Source: Elsinoe ampelina (Eukaryota). Taken from it: a stretch of DNA of 64,000 nucleotides. This document shows positions 1-13,619 of the stretch, piece by piece. Position 1 is the first letter of the stretch. Each line of letters starts with the position of its first letter. Both the position numbers and the translations under genes were made by a program. The stretch lies in assembly GCA_010093995.1 (NCBI GenBank), contig ML992502.1:1646312-1710311 (forward strand), written 5' to 3'. Under the pieces are notes generated by a model, which worked only from the letters and a program-made list of their open reading frames with translations, had not been told where the DNA came from and made no database searches.

Positions 1-2074
1 TGCTGGGTCGAGGACGTTGTCAAGCAAGCCCACTCCGGAGCAGCAGCGTCCCGCATCGAGCACAAACTCAGACGTTTCGCAAACTACCGCAACAGGGCGA
101 ATGGCTTCTACTGCGCTTCGAATCGACGGCAGAGTACCAGCAGCGAGAGCAGTGTCATCGGCGGAACATTTGCTGTCATCGTCGCCAGCATCGCAAATAT
201 CCTCAAGTAGCCGAGGTCATGCTCACGCTCGCAATCGAGAAAGCGCCATCAACCTCATACGGCGGACAGACACTGTCAAAGCGAGTGCCGAGACCAGCAC
301 CGACTCCGCAAATGCCGTCGGTAGAGTGGACATTCCTATGAGTGGCAGAGCGACGCCGAGCACAGTGACACCAATGGGTCATTCTCCGAACAGCAAAGGC
401 CCATTCTCGTATGATGGAAACGATCCTACGGTCCAGAAATACCTGGAAGGCATGTACACAACGAATTTCGCGCTTGACTTGGCAGAGTTCAGTCCTCGAA
501 TCACTCCAGTCAAGAAGATTCAAATAGCAAATTCGACAGGTCACGATGCTTCGGGAAGGTGGAAGCCCCAGGGACTGCTCGTAGCTGCTGTAGGAGAGCA
601 TACTGCCGAAATCACTTGCATTGCCGTCTCTCCCGATCATGTCTTCTTCGTCACAGGGTCAGCTGATGGAACAGCACGAATCTGGGATGTGTCAAGACTG
701 GAGCGGAACATCACCCATCGTGCTCGACAGGTTCATCGACACCGTAGTGGAGCAGCTATCACGGCTCTTTGCTTTGTTGAGAGCAGTCATTGTTTTGTAA
801 GCGCCGCCGCGGACGGCAGTGTCAACGTGGTCAAAGTAGACGTAAGCGAGTCCGCCGGTACAACGAGATACGGCAAGCTCCAGATCTTGCGCGATTGGAT
901 GATCCCGCAGACAAGTCCAGAAGATGACACAGACCCGGAGCATGCTATCAGTCTGGACCATTTCCGCGAGAACACCCAGTCACAATGCCACATCCTCACG
1001 TCCAAGTCTCGCATCATGAACATCGATCTTCGCCTCATGACCATCTTGTACGAATTCGCGAATCCGATATCTCACGGCACACCGACTGCCTTCACCATTC
1101 ACCGCCGCAAACAGTGGCTCCTCATCGGCACATCCCACGGCGTCCTCGACCTCTGGGACCTCCGCTTCCACCTCCGTCTCCGCTCATGGTCCTTCCGCGA
1201 CCCCGCCCCGATCACCAAACTAGCCATGCACCCTGGCCGCCGCAACACGCACAAGATGCGCGTCTGTATCGCCGGCGGCACCAGCCCAGGCCACGTCAGC
1301 ATCTGGGACATTGAAAAACCCACCTGTCTCGAGGTCTACGCCGTCCCCACCACCACGTCCCCCGACCCCGAGAAACTCTCCGCCCGCGACCTCACCCTCG
1401 TCCCCCTCGACGACGACCACGACACCACCCACCTCGACCGCTTCATCCACCCCGGCTCCCCCACCCCTTCCTCCCCTCCCTCCGCGCCCCTGCGGCTATC
1501 GTCCAAAACCCATCTCCCCTCCTCCATCCACGACTTTATCATCCAAATGCACCACCCTTCTCCCACGGACACCTCCCTCCCCGCCTCCGAAGCGCGGCAC
1601 CACTTCCTCCTCACCGCCGGACCAGAATGGAAGACCCGCTTCTGGGACCCCGAGAAACTCTCCGCAAGCAGCGTGGTCAACTCGGGCGCGATCGAGGGCT
1701 TCAGCGCCGCCACAGACGGGGAGGGGATGCGCGTCTCCGCTGAAAGAGTCGGGGCTGAGACGAGGGCGTATGTCGACTTGGCTGTGGAGAAGGAAGGGAA
1801 GGAGAAAGACAGGGGGAGCGCGGGGACGAGCGCGGCGGGGAGCGTGGCGAGTTCGCCGGCGAAGAGGAGGGGGGTGGAGAGGGGGTTGAGCGCGGCTGGG
1901 TCGGCGGTGGGCCGGGAGAAGGAGAAAGTGGGGAGGTACGATGTTATACGTAACTCGGCGCAGTATTTGCTTCGGGGGCATCGGGATGAGATCACGGCTG
2001 TGGCGTTGGTGGAGAGGCCGTTTGGCATGGTGGTCACGGGGGATAGGAGTGGGGGGTTGTATGTGTTTCAGTAG
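1..2074 (+). CDS. VPS15: Vps15 / PI3-kinase regulatory subunit, C-terminal WD40 region (5' truncated by window)
   Basis: WKPQGLLVAAVGEHTAEITCIAVSPDHVFFVTGSADGTARIWD, GTSHGVLDLWDLRF and terminal GHRDEITAVALVERPFGMVVTGDRSGGLYVFQ match the Vps15 WD40 propeller. Frame open from the window edge to the stop at 2074. Confidence 0.9.
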   Translation, partial: AGSRTLSSKPTPEQQRPASSTNSDVSQTTATGRMASTALRIDGRVPAARAVSSAEHLLSSSPASQISSSSRGHAHARNRESAINLIRRTDTVKASAETSTDSANAVGRVDIPMSGRATPSTVTPMGHSPNSKGPFSYDGNDPTVQKYLEGMYTTNFALDLAEFSPRITPVKKIQIANSTGHDASGRWKPQGLLVAAVGEHTAEITCIAVSPDHVFFVTGSADGTARIWDVSRLERNITHRARQVHRHRSGAAITALCFVESSHCFVSAAADGSVNVVKVDVSESAGTTRYGKLQILRDWMIPQTSPEDDTDPEHAISLDHFRENTQSQCHILTSKSRIMNIDLRLMTILYEFANPISHGTPTAFTIHRRKQWLLIGTSHGVLDLWDLRFHLRLRSWSFRDPAPITKLAMHPGRRNTHKMRVCIAGGTSPGHVSIWDIEKPTCLEVYAVPTTTSPDPEKLSARDLTLVPLDDDHDTTHLDRFIHPGSPTPSSPPSAPLRLSSKTHLPSSIHDFIIQMHHPSPTDTSLPASEARHHFLLTAGPEWKTRFWDPEKLSASSVVNSGAIEGFSAATDGEGMRVSAERVGAETRAYVDLAVEKEGKEKDRGSAGTSAAGSVASSPAKRRGVERGLSAAGSAVGREKEKVGRYDVIRNSAQYLLRGHRDEITAVALVERPFGMVVTGDRSGGLYVFQ

Positions 2075-2275
2075 GTAGTGGAGTTATTAGATGAGGGGGT
2101 TTTGGGCACGATGGTAGTTCTCGGATCGGAAGGAATGATATGTCTTTGGGCCTGTCTGTGTACACTTTCTGCGTCTAGCGGTCCAGCGCTCTCTATCTCT
2201 AGCTCGGGTGGGGTTTCACATCTTCGCCGGTCGTCTGTACATTGCGCCGCCGGCTCCGGCCTGTCGAGCGTCAAT

Positions 2276-3344
2276 TCATGTCTTTCTGTGCATGACCGTC
2301 GCCGCCGCCTTGTGCGTGTCAGCGTCGCTTCTTGTCTCGCGCCTGACGTGCCTCCTCTCTTGATCGGGGGTGGATGAAGTAAACGTACCTGATGATTCGG
2401 AAAGATCAAGCTGTCCGCGAGAACGACATTTTCCCTCCTTCCTGCGGCGAATACCACCACTTCCGCGATATCGTCCGGCGTCAACGGGTCCACGCCCTCG
2501 TATACCTTGTCTGCCTTGCTTTTGTCACCGTAGAATCTCACGACGCTGAACTCCGTCTCCACCTGACCCGGATCGACCTCAATGACTCTGACTCGCGATG
2601 CGATCAGCTCCCTCCGCATGGCGTCCGTGAAGCTGCGCACAGCGGCCTTGGTAGCGCAGTAGATGCTTCCACCTTGATATGGCTCACGACCAGCGATCGA
2701 TCCGATATTGATAATATCGCCGCTACCGGCGCCGGAATTGCGTGCCTTCATGGCGGGGAGGACGGCTTGGGTCATGTTGATAAGGCCGGTCACGTTGGTG
2801 TCGAACATGGTCTTGATGTCTTCTTCTTTGATCGAGCCGGCTTGGTCGACGCCTTTGACGAGACCGCTGGGACGTGTTAGCTGTTTGTGTCTTGTAGATG
2901 CGCATTTCTGAGAGGCAAGGGAGGAGCATACGCATTGTTGACTAGCACGTCCACTTCTTTGAACTCCGCGGGCAGGTTGCCGACCAAGTTTCGAACTTCT
3001 TCTGGGTTACTGATGTCTAGCTTGACTGGGTGCACCTTCACACCGCTGCCGACCTCTTTCTGGATCTCTTCTGCAACCTGCTTGAGCGTGTCCAATCGTC
3101 TTGCGGTCAGGATAAGCTTGATGTCTTTCTGGGCTGTCCGGGCAAACTCGAAAGCGCAGGATTTGCCGATGCCAGAAGATGCGCCTGTGATCAGGACTGT
3201 CTTGCCCTGGAGGCGCTGGGACATTGCCGACGTCATGGTGCGGCTGGAGTATGCGAGCTGCGTTTGGATTGGAGCTTGGGTGCGGAGTAGGGCGATTGAT
3301 GAGCGACAGATATTGGGGAGTTGCTTCAATGTTCTCAATGGCAT
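2276..3344 (-). CDS. Short-chain dehydrogenase, NADP-dependent 3-hydroxy acid dehydrogenase (YdfG/YMR226C-like)
   Basis: TGASSGIG Rossmann motif, NNAG (across an intron), YCATK catalytic motif, PGQVETEFS. Introns 2931-2867 (GTATGC..CTAAC..CAG) and 2388-2309; last exon AAATVMHRKT-stop at 2276. Start could be 3344 or a downstream ATG (MTSAMSQ). Confidence 0.88.
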
Positions 3345-4025
3345 GTGGTGGTATATTGAGAAGTAAGGGAATTGCTAACAGCAGTGAGCAAATGTGGTGA
3401 TGATTCGGAAATAAAATCTAGCTCCAATGAGGGTGGTGGGATGGAGGTGAAAGAGGGGGTGGGGGTCCACCGACCTTCGGAGCGAGCTCGGAATTGACTT
3501 TGCCGAGTCTCAACATGGACTTCAGCATCGATGTACAAATCATGTGGGGAGCACCTTCAAGCATCCTACCTGCGGATATCATGGTTCGTAAGAGTAACTC
3601 TCTTATGAAGCCTACCACAGGTGAGTGAAGGCAAGCCAGTATTTATTCATTCCCCGTCCCTCGAGTCAAATACCGTCCTGATCTATGATACATCCGTGTC
3701 TATCATGATCAGGAGCTCACTGGAACTACCATGGAGACCAAGCTGCAAGAGAAGTGCTATCTTTAGAAAAGGCCTCGTAACTGATGATCAGAGTCTCATC
3801 ATTACTCGAAGGAGAGATCGATGATGGAAAGATGAAAGCAGCGGATTATCAGCGATCTCCACCGCGATGAGGTCAAAGACTTGGAAGTCAAGAAGTGTAT
3901 GCGGAGCGACTTCGAAGCGGCGGCATATTACCTTCAGGAGATGCACTTGATCGGCATTGTTTCATTCCGCGGTACTTTGTCTGGGGATCGGGGGTTCGCA
4001 TGGGGTAGATGATCACGTTCTTCTT

Positions 4026-5142
4026 TCAGCCAGTGAAGCGTTTGCCAGATTCGATGGTCTGGAACGCGTCCATGGTATGATCCCAGCACTTCTTCGCTAG
4101 TCCTTTAGCTCTGACATCCTGGTACTTCTGGGTCATCTTCTTCTCGGCAGTGATCTCGCTATCTTGTTGCACCGAATACGAGCCACTCCCCCTGACATTG
4201 TCCGTGCCCAGTACCGCATTGCTGTCTGGTGTTTCTCTCTTAGCAGGAAAGTGAGGCGTCGCCATGAAGAGCATTCGTTGACCACATTCGGCTGACGAGA
4301 AGGCGACGAGGCGGGTGATGGGCTGAAGCAGAGTCCAGAGAAGCTTGAACCACCCTGGCAGGATGTCATTATAGAAGGCGTTGGTCATGACGAGACCAGG
4401 GAAGACATTGCTCAGGCTCATCCTACCAGCATTTTGTCGCGCCATCTCCTCGAAGAAGAAAGTCATTATGTACATTGTGTGATTTCTGAGCTTGACTTGG
4501 CCATAGCTAGTCGTATCCCGGAGCGACAGATCATTCGCATCCAAGTCTCGCTCCAGCCCGGCTGCGAAAATGGAGACAATGTGAGCCGGCAATTTCGAAG
4601 CCAGAAGCAGCGGACGGAGTTGCCAGACGCAACGAGCGCGTGAGTAGTACAGCAGGGACATTTGATACCCCAGGCCTTCGTCTGTATCTTTGCTGGCATT
4701 AGTCGAAGACACACGGTCCGAGATGCATGGAAGTCCTACCTGTCCGCGGTGGCCAACCAAACAGCGCCTGAGACATGTACAGCAGGTCAATTCTCGGACC
4801 ACCTACGACGCTGTCACGACCAGCGTTGTCTCTCTCCAACCTTTCAACTTCTGCACACGCCTCGTCGACGTCCCTCAAGAGCGCAAGATCCTTTGCTTGC
4901 ACGAAGTGAAAGCTACCTTCCGGACAGACGCGTCGAGCTTCCGCGATATTAGCAGCAGCCGCCTGAGCGTTGCGGCCGACAATGTAGGCACGAAGTCCTC
5001 TTCCAGTTGTGCCATGGGTAGCAGCCAGTTGAGCGAAGACGTAGGAGCCGATACCCGTAGCGCCGCCGAAGAACACAGCGACCAAGGGCTGCGAGGCTAC
5101 GAGAGCGGCGTTGGCTTCACGAATCTTGTCGTAAGAGACCAT
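4026..5142 (-). CDS. Atypical fungal short-chain dehydrogenase/oxidoreductase
   Basis: VAVFFGGATGIG...AYIVGRN, DLALLRDVD, NVFPGLVMT. Two ORFs joined by intron 4739-4688 (GTAGGA..CTAAT..AAG), giving PPRTDTDEGL. Confidence 0.8.
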
Positions 5143-6008
5143 CTCGAAGGGTACTACCAGGTAGTGAATTAAGCTGAGGAGAAAGATTTGTTAAAAAGAA
5201 GTGTTTGAGGCTTCTCACAGCGCATCTTATACAAGAGCGTTCATGTCTTCATGACTGGAAGGTTGCACCGGTGATTGATACGGACTTACGGGTTCTTAAG
5301 TGATATCTTTGATGAAGGGACAAGCAGTTCATGTCTATCAGAGTACATCAGTAAGGCCACCTGCGCTTTTGAACGGCTTGTTCCTCCAGCTCCGCGGCGT
5401 TTAGTGGTGGTAGTATTCTTAAGGCCGTAATGACCAGTCGACATGCTGAACACCCCTGGCTGCCAGTGTCAGACGACGATACAGCGGCCGTAATGCGGTC
5501 ATTGATCGTAATGGAACTTTGACCTTTGTTTCGACTGGTCGAAAGATGTGTAAGGCTTGACTCGATCAAGCTCAACTAAGCATGAGCCCTGCAGGGTCAT
5601 TCCTGTCCGTCACGTCAGGGGATCTTGAAGCTGGTGGTATCATGCGATTGTGAGCCTGCCAGTCATGCTGCTGAGAAACTTGAGTCCCCAATGAGCTATC
5701 AGGCATGTGAAGAAGTATCTGTACGCAATGGAGAAATCGTTGAGATGGAAATGTTGGCCATGACGCAATGCTTGTCTGCGGACCTGGTAGGAATTTTGCT
5801 CTGCGGGCGATTCCACCACTTCGTCATTCGAAACACAAAGCCATTGCACCCTGTAACATTCTCTACGCGCCTCGTACAGGGCTCACAAGCTGCGAAACCT
5901 ATCTTACCAGCAGGTTCTGGTAGTTGACGATCATAGCGGAATTGGCGCGCGAGAAACGATGTCTTCGAGTCGATAAAGCTATCAGCCCTTCCGAACAGCT
6001 CTCCCGAG

Positions 6009-8134
6009 ATGCGAGCAACACGAGCGCTGCAGTCCTTGAGAGGCCTTCAAACGAGTCACACTGCTAGAACCACCATACGACCACTTGTGACAACTACCAG
6101 GCCATCATCTGTCGCAGCGAGTCGCACTTTATCGTCCCTATCGCGAATTCGAGCAAATCGTAGCGGAGCTTCATCGACTTTCTTCAGCAGCTTCCAGCTC
6201 CGAACAGTGCAGACCAGACTAGCTTCAACTGGCCCTGAACGCAAACCTGGACGACTGATACGCGCTGTATACAAGACCTTCGCATGGCTTGGCATCTTTG
6301 TTGCGGTGTCCGGTGGATGCATCATCGCCTTCTTCGTCTACGATTACACGACCTACAATGACGAGCCAGAGACATTGGACATACCGATAAGCGAACTCGC
6401 CCTCAATCCGCGACGTGGTGGACCAAAGAATCTCCCTATAGCCGATCACTTGGTCGACGATGATGAGAGTCCGACAAAGAAGAGTCAGAAACACAAGCCA
6501 AAGTTGGTTATCTTAGGCACAGGCTGGGGCAGCGTCGCTCTCTTGAAGAATCTCTACCAGAACGAGTACCATGTCACGGTCGTCTCGCCCTCCAACTACT
6601 TCCTTTTCACGCCAATGCTACCCTCGGCCACGGTCGGAACTCTAGAGCTGCGTTCGCTGGTAGAGCCAGTTCGAAGAATTGTTCGGGCCATTGGGGGGCA
6701 TTTCCTCAAGGCAGAGGCAGTCGATGTGGATTTCAGTGAGAAGCTGGTTGAATGCACGACAATAGACTCTGAAGGCAAAAAGGAACATTTCTACTTGCCC
6801 TACGACAAGCTGGTTTTGGGTGTGGGTAGTACTACCAACCCGCATGGTGTCAAGGGACTCGAAAATTGCCACTTTCTGAAGGACATTCGTGATGCTAGAC
6901 TTATCCGGAACCATATCAACAAGAATCTGGAACTCGCATGCCTGCCTACAACACCTGATGAAGAACGTAAGCGTCTTCTGAGCTTTGTCATCAGTGGAGG
7001 AGGCCCGACGGGTGTTGAATTCGCTGCAGAGCTCTACGACATGCTGAACGAGGACCTTTGTCGCTACTACCCAAGAATCCTACGCAACGAGATATCTGTG
7101 CACGTCATCCAGTCACGATCACACATCTTGAACACCTACGATGAAGCTCTTTCCAAGTTCGCCGAGGCTCGTTTCGCCCACGATAATGTCGACGTGCACA
7201 CCAACGCCCGCGTCAAGGAAGTCCAACCCGACAAGATCCTCTTCAGTCAGAAAGACGCTGAAGGCAAGATCATCACCAAAGAGCTCCCCATGGGCTTCTG
7301 CCTCTGGTCCACCGGCGTCTCCCAAACCGCACTCTCCCAACAAATCGCCAGCAAAATCTCCACCCAAAACAACCGCCACGCCCTCGAAACCGACACCCAC
7401 CTCCGCCTCCTCGGCACCCCTCTCGGCGACGTCTACGCCATCGGCGACTGCTCCACCGTGCAAAACAACGTCTCGGACCACGTCGTCAGCTTCCTCCGCA
7501 CCCTCGCGTGGGAAAAAGGCAAAGACCCGGAATCCATGCACATCACCTTCGCCGACTGGCGCGGCGTCGCGCGAAAAGTTAAGCACCGCTTCCCGCAGGC
7601 CAGCGACCACCTGCGCCGCCTGGACAAGCTCTTCGAAGCCTACGACAAGGACAAGTCGGGCACGCTGGACTTTGGCGAACTCTCGGAATTGCTCAAGCAG
7701 ATCGACGCCAAACTCACCTCGTTGCCCGCCACGGCCCAGCGCGCGCACCAACAGGGCATCTACCTCGCGAGGAAGCTGAACAAGCTCGCCCACGCGAGGC
7801 CGGCGTTGGAGTTGAACCAGATGAACGATGGCGACTTGGACGACGCCGTGTACAAGCCTTTCGAGTACAGGCATATGGGGTCTCTGGCTTACATCGGTAA
7901 CGCGGCGATTTTCGACTTTAACGGGCTGAATTTCGGGGGTGGGTTGATGGCCGTGTACCTCTGGCGGTCGGTGTATTTTGCGCAGAGCGTGAGTCTCAGG
8001 ACAAGGATCTTGTTGGCGATGGATTGGAGTAAGAGGGCGTTGTTCGGGAGGGGTGAGTTTCCTTTTTTCTTTTCGTTACCGCTGCTGGATGAGGGGAGAA
8101 TGTGCTGACTGTCGCAGATTTGGTGAGCTATTAG
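6009..8134 (+). CDS. NDE1: Mitochondrial external alternative (type II) NADH dehydrogenase with EF-hand
   Basis: Arg/Ser/Thr-rich presequence, TM helix, LVILGTGWG and VISGGGPTGVEFAAEL dinucleotide-binding motifs, EF-hand DKDKSGTLDFGEL, LPATAQRAHQQG. Intron 8053-8117, last exon gives RDLVSY-stop. Confidence 0.9.
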
Positions 8135-8548
8135 CTTGTGAAGACCGGAGACACATTGGATAGAGAAGGAGGGGTGGTTGGATACAGCTTATGCACAGAA
8201 CACCTAGACACAGCACCCGTGGACATCACCCTGAGCACAAGCGTAACAATGCATACATGAATACAATAATACCCTTTGCCGCGCAGGTCTCGTGCACCTC
8301 CTATGCGTCATTCTTCTTGTTAAGTGGTACAACATATCCCTCCCTTCCCCATCAGTCTATCGATACCGCATCTCTCGCATTCCCTCTTCTCCTGAATCGT
8401 CCCCGCCGGGTTGTCGCTGGTAGTTCGAACCAAACTTTCCCCTGACATTAGTTATACAATTCATGACCGGCCGGATGAGCAGCAACGAAAGCAGCAGCCC
8501 CGCGAGCACGCAGAGGAAGATTAATCCACCGATGACCAATCGCGGAAG

Positions 8549-9993
8549 TCAAGTCTGCCCTGTGTATCCCTTTGGCATGGGCATGTTGTTCATGTCGAAG
8601 AAGCGTTTCGTGCCTGGTAAAGAGAGTCAGTCAAATGTACCCTGCGCGCATAAGATTCGGAAAGACTCACAGGAGTAACCATTCCAGTCAAAGTTGTCCT
8701 TGGGATTGCAGTGGCACTTGTGCTCGAGCCGGAACTGCTCATCCACGGGACAGTGCGTGAAGGGGATATGGTAGTAGGAGATGTCGTTGAAGAAGTGAAT
8801 CTCTTCCTTCTTCAGCATGAGCGCGGCGGCGATCGAGTGTACGGGGGCATCGCCCCAGCGTTCGTAGAAGAAGCCTCCTTCCTTGTCGAGGTGCGTGAAG
8901 AAGTCAAGGTAGGCGGTCGAGCGAAGAAAGTTGAGATTGCCAATCTCAAAGTTGGACCAGAAATGGCACTTGTTGTACGTCTTGCCTCCGTCGTCGGAAA
9001 TGAAGTTCATGGCATTTCCCTGAGCAATGTGTTGCGGGAATTGGGCGATGTACTTGGTCACGCTGTCCCAGAGGGTGGGGATGGTTTCGATGTACTCGTA
9101 CAGACTCAGGGTGAAGCCGTATTTCTTGCCTTGCTCGGCCATGAAACGGAAGGGGTCGTAGCTGACGTCGCAGAAAAGTTCGATGCTGGGCTCGACGCGC
9201 CAGTACCATTCGTAATTGAGCATGAGTTCGTGGCGGAAGAAGAAGCCGGATTCGTATCTGCACATGTGCCTGTAGCTGACCGAATCGCCGTAGATAATTT
9301 TCCGTCGTGCCATATCTTCACGGACCTGCTTTGCTTTCTCTTGGTCGATCCATTCTGGGAATGACCAGTGTTCCTTGGGAATCAAGCCGTACTTGGTGTT
9401 GCCGGATGTCAGAGCGCTCGTGACCTTCTTGAACGTGTCATCAAAAGGCTCGTCGTTCAAGAATACCCAGTCGTAGCCGAATTGATGGTTGAAGCGATCT
9501 TCGACCTGTCGGATTGACCTTGAGATATCCCACACATCCGAGTTCCTCGCGAGTGTGACAAAGGTAGCGTTCATTCGAGGAAGATCGGCAGGTCCATTCG
9601 GCAGTCCATTCGCGTTCTTGTGGCCTGCTGGGTTCGGCGACGAGTGGGCCTCTTTCTCCTTCTCGAGTTGTGTCTTCTTCTCCGACTCTTTCAGCTTGTC
9701 CATGTCCGCCGGAGCTGGTGGCTGATCAGGTCTTGTTGGAATTTGCTGCGGGGTTTCTGGCTTGAGTTCGGTCTGTTTATCTGAGCCGTGTGATGCCCAT
9801 CGATTTTGCGATTCTTTGAGCAGGTCTGAGGCATTCTTGTAGGTTGTCCTCGGAATGTCCGAAGATGAGGAGATGAGGAGGATGAGTATTAAACACTGCA
9901 CACGCGATCAGTCGAGCTCAGCGTGTTCGCAAACCGCATACATACTAGAAACGCGAAGATGACATATCGCATGTATTTTGCTGAGCCCGCCAT
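8549..9993 (-). CDS. KRE2: Alpha-1,2-mannosyltransferase, GT15 (Kre2/Mnt1/Ktr family)
   Basis: Type II membrane N-terminus, [52 protein letters not shown]. Introns 9945-9896 and 8670-8614. Exact paralogue not determinable. Confidence 0.9.
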
Positions 9994-10859
9994 AGTGTCC
10001 TGGCCCTCGAGTTGCGCGTCAGAAGAAGTCGAGGGGTGATCCTTTGACAGTTTCCTACGCCGCAGTCCTTCGCTACCAGCGCTCGTGACTGCCAATGGTG
10101 ATGGTGGTGAAGTGTAAATGGTCGTCTGGACAGGTTTTCGAAATTATCTATCGCATGCAAGGAGTGTCCAATGTAAAGTTTGCTTGGAGAATGGCGAGTC
10201 CGGAAAGTCGTCGCAAGCTTCCACGCAACGCAGGTGCAGGTGCAGCAGGGTCCCAAGTACCAGTGATCCGCGGAAGCCCCTTGCCTAGCGGCTCAAAATC
10301 GTTGGACACGAATGGAAGGGGAGCTTGCTGGTACTTAAGTTAGTCTCGGAGCCAGTGTCTTCTTTTATTCTTCAGGCGTAGAGTTTGATTAAGAGGGTCT
10401 GCCCTATAGTTGGAAGCCGAGCATACGAGGGCTGCAGAAACAGGGTGCGACAATTTCAAAGAAGGACATGCGAAGGAGACTAAGACACCCAAGTGAAGCA
10501 CTGGGCCCTGAACCTTTGGAAAAGCTGCTGCCCACTCACGGCCGCGTTCCTGGCAAAAGAGGATCGATCAAAGCGCACAAAAGGGACGCCTCTCCCGTTG
10601 AAATCCGCGAGCATGGGCCACCACAAATTTCTTGGCGCGGACAGCTCACGACATCATTTGTGAATGAAATCGCGTTCTGTCCACCAGCTCCTGATAGAAT
10701 ATTCCTTGACCTTACGAGACTCGGCGCGCACACCTGTACAACAGTTCCGAAGCTCACGATTCATTTTGCCAGCTCAAGATGCGACCATAGCGACGCAACA
10801 CACAACACTCAACACCACCGGGAGGATTCGCCAGCACCACTAGCTGACACAAAGCCAAC

Positions 10860-13329
10860 ATGTCCTTCTTCGGATTCGATACCACTCTCCCGCGAGACCG
10901 TGGGCAACAGGACGCCCCGCGCGGCTTTTTCGACAATCGTCAAGATCCATTTGCCGGCTACTCCAACCAAGCAGGTGATCAAGAAGAAATGTGAGCTCCA
11001 ACGACCAGCGTCGCTGGGATGACAACTGACCTACCAGCCTCGACTTTGACGAGACCTACGACGGACTCGGCGATGGCCTTCTCGAGACGGGCGATGACCT
11101 GAATGATGATACCTTTGGCGACTCTGGCAAGGTCGGGAAGGATTTCGACTTCTCCGGCCAGACCGCAGATGCACGGAGCACTCTGCTTGAGGAAGAGGCC
11201 CTACACTATGCAAGACAGCCACCACCGCAGGCTCGTCAGCAGCAACAGTACCAGCAGAATTTCTTCCAGCAGCCCAGCAAGCCCGCCAAGTCTGGCTACG
11301 AGAATTACAAGCAGCCTGACTACATTCCTCAACTCGAGGCCAGTGCAAGCATTTGGGGCCTACCCAGCAAGAAAGCTCCAGATGCCGCGCCAAAGCAGGT
11401 CGAGACTGCTGCTCCCATCGCAGCCGAAGCTCGAAAGTTTATGAGCCTGGAAGAAGTGGAGGCAGCAATGAGATCGCAATCCGCACCTCAACCGCAACAA
11501 CAGGTTCAGCAACAGCAGCAATTTCAACAGCCGCCACCACAATTGCCCACCGGGCCACGCCAGGATGGACAAGGACAACAATTCCAGGGATTGCCCCAGA
11601 TCTTACAGAGACCACCTCCGCAAGGCCCTGCGCAGCAACTGCAAGGCCAGCAACCTTCAAGGGGTCCATCTGCAGGCGGGATACCACCTATTCAGATCCT
11701 ACAACGCCAGCAGCAGCAGAACCAAGGACCTCCGACTCAGCCTGCAAACTTTGGTCACGCACGTGCCCCATCGATGCCAATGAACCCCATGGCTCAGCAC
11801 ATGGCCAATTTGACCGACCAACAGCGAGAGCTCTTCATGGCAGAGGAAGCAAAGCGCGCAAAGAGGAACCACAAGATTCATCAGCTATCTAGGAACAACG
11901 GTGTGATGACTCCACAAGACAAGAACTTTATCACTAGAATACAACTGCAACAACTGATGGCTGCTTCTGGCGGTCTCGACGACAAGGATGCACAGCTCGC
12001 TGAAGATTTTTACTACCAGGTGTATGCACAAATACGCGGTGCGCCTCGACAAGATCCGAATCAACCACTTGGTCACTTTGCTCAGACTTACCTGCTGCAA
12101 ACTGGGAGCCGATTCGGAGGTGGCAGGAGGCATCCTCGTGGCGGAGACAACCATGCGCAAAGAATGGAGCAGCAGGTCCAGCGTGCTGTCGAAGCCGCAA
12201 AGGCAAGACCAAAGACGAAGCAGCTCACGGTCGAGGGCAGTCTGGGCAAGATCGCCTTCAGCAACTCAAAGACTCCTCGACCACTGCTCAATTTCAAGCG
12301 GCCCGACGCCGATGGAAAGCTGCATGGAAAGGGCGCAAAGGTCAGCGGTGCCGACGCAAAGGCTGCACGCAGAGACATCGAGGCTTGCTACTCTACTTTG
12401 ATGGAGATGGAAGATCATGAGAGACGCTTACCGCCCCCGCCTACAGAGGAAAGCAATCCCGGGGCCATTCAGCGACACATTGAGTGGCGAGAGAGGCATC
12501 GCGAGCTCAACGCCAATCTGTGGTCGAACTTGAAGGTCATGGAGCCAATCCAGGAGAAGTACGTATGCATCGAGTCTTTGATCGTCAATCTGCTGACAAA
12601 AATAGTTCACCTACTTTACATCCCTTCATTTCCATCTTGTCCTACGCAAAGGGCAAGAAGCTCATCCCGCGGATATTCCGGCATATTGATGAACAGCAGA
12701 GAACGACTCTGCTCACCATCATCATTCTGCATCTTGATGTCCTCGATGTCGTCCGCCTAGCATATCCTCAACCAGACGAGCCGCGTCCGCCCCCAGCTGT
12801 TCGCGAGGCAGTCGAACTGTTCATGCAAGCTGTCTTCCCACCAATGTTTGCATTTGTCAACGATGCGCCGCTAAGCATTGTTTCTGGTTTACTTGGACTA
12901 ATCGTGGATCGTGTCAATCTACAGCTCATCATTCGCACCAAGATTGGTGTCTCGATATTGACAGGCCTGATCAGCCGAGCAGAGATGCTGAAACAGACCG
13001 GTGGCCCGACCATCACGGAGGAAGACTGGTCACAATTCAATCACCTTTACGGCCGATTATTCGATCTTGCAGAGCCAGTTCTGCCGTACATCTTCAGCAC
13101 GGAGAGCGTCAACAGTTCAGACGACGTGCATGTTTGGCAATTCCTGGCAGCCATGGGTGTAGGTGCCAGCCCGGAGCAGCAACAAAGATTAGTCTTGGGC
13201 GTCAAAGATCGTGTGATGGAGACGGTCGGTGTTTCGAAGACATTGCCACAAGAGATGGCCACGAAGAAATTAGGCGAGGTGAACTTGTTCATGCGAGCCA
13301 TTGGTCTCGATGTCGAACTGCTTGGTTGA
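10860..13329 (+). CDS. PAT1: mRNA decapping activator Pat1 (topoisomerase II-associated protein)
   Basis: MSFFGFDT start, DFDETYDGLGD..LNDDTFG, MSLEEVEA, MTPQDKNFITRIQLQQL, EDFYYQVY, GSLGKIAFSNSKTPRPLL, VNLFMRAIGLDVELLG. Introns 10991-11037 and 12559-12605. Confidence 0.92.
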
Positions 13330-13619
13330 GACATGTACAATCAAAAGCATCTGGAATAGCTAGAAGCCCACGTGGCACAATTGACGAAAGTAAGAGCACC
13401 CCTCCTCTTCAACAAAGCTGTTAGACCATTCCCATCGTGCTTTTCACATGTGCCACCTCCCACCTCCTTCGCACCATCAAATCCCGCCCACCGTACATTT
13501 CAACCTCCTCGCAAAATTTCCCGCCGCAACACCTCCGCCATCCACACCATCACCACCTTACCTCCGTCTCAATCGCACTCTTCATCCTCCCACCCAGTTC
13601 TCCTCCCAGACCACTCACC

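Noticed and set aside
2068..2275. Apparent overlap of the SDR ORF (2068-2808, -) with the VPS15 stop
   Set aside because: The ORF reads through intron 2388-2309; the spliced gene stops at 2276, so there is no CDS overlap.
5170..6000. Small ORFs between the SDR and NADH dehydrogenase genes
   Set aside because: Short, no motifs, no consistent splice structure.
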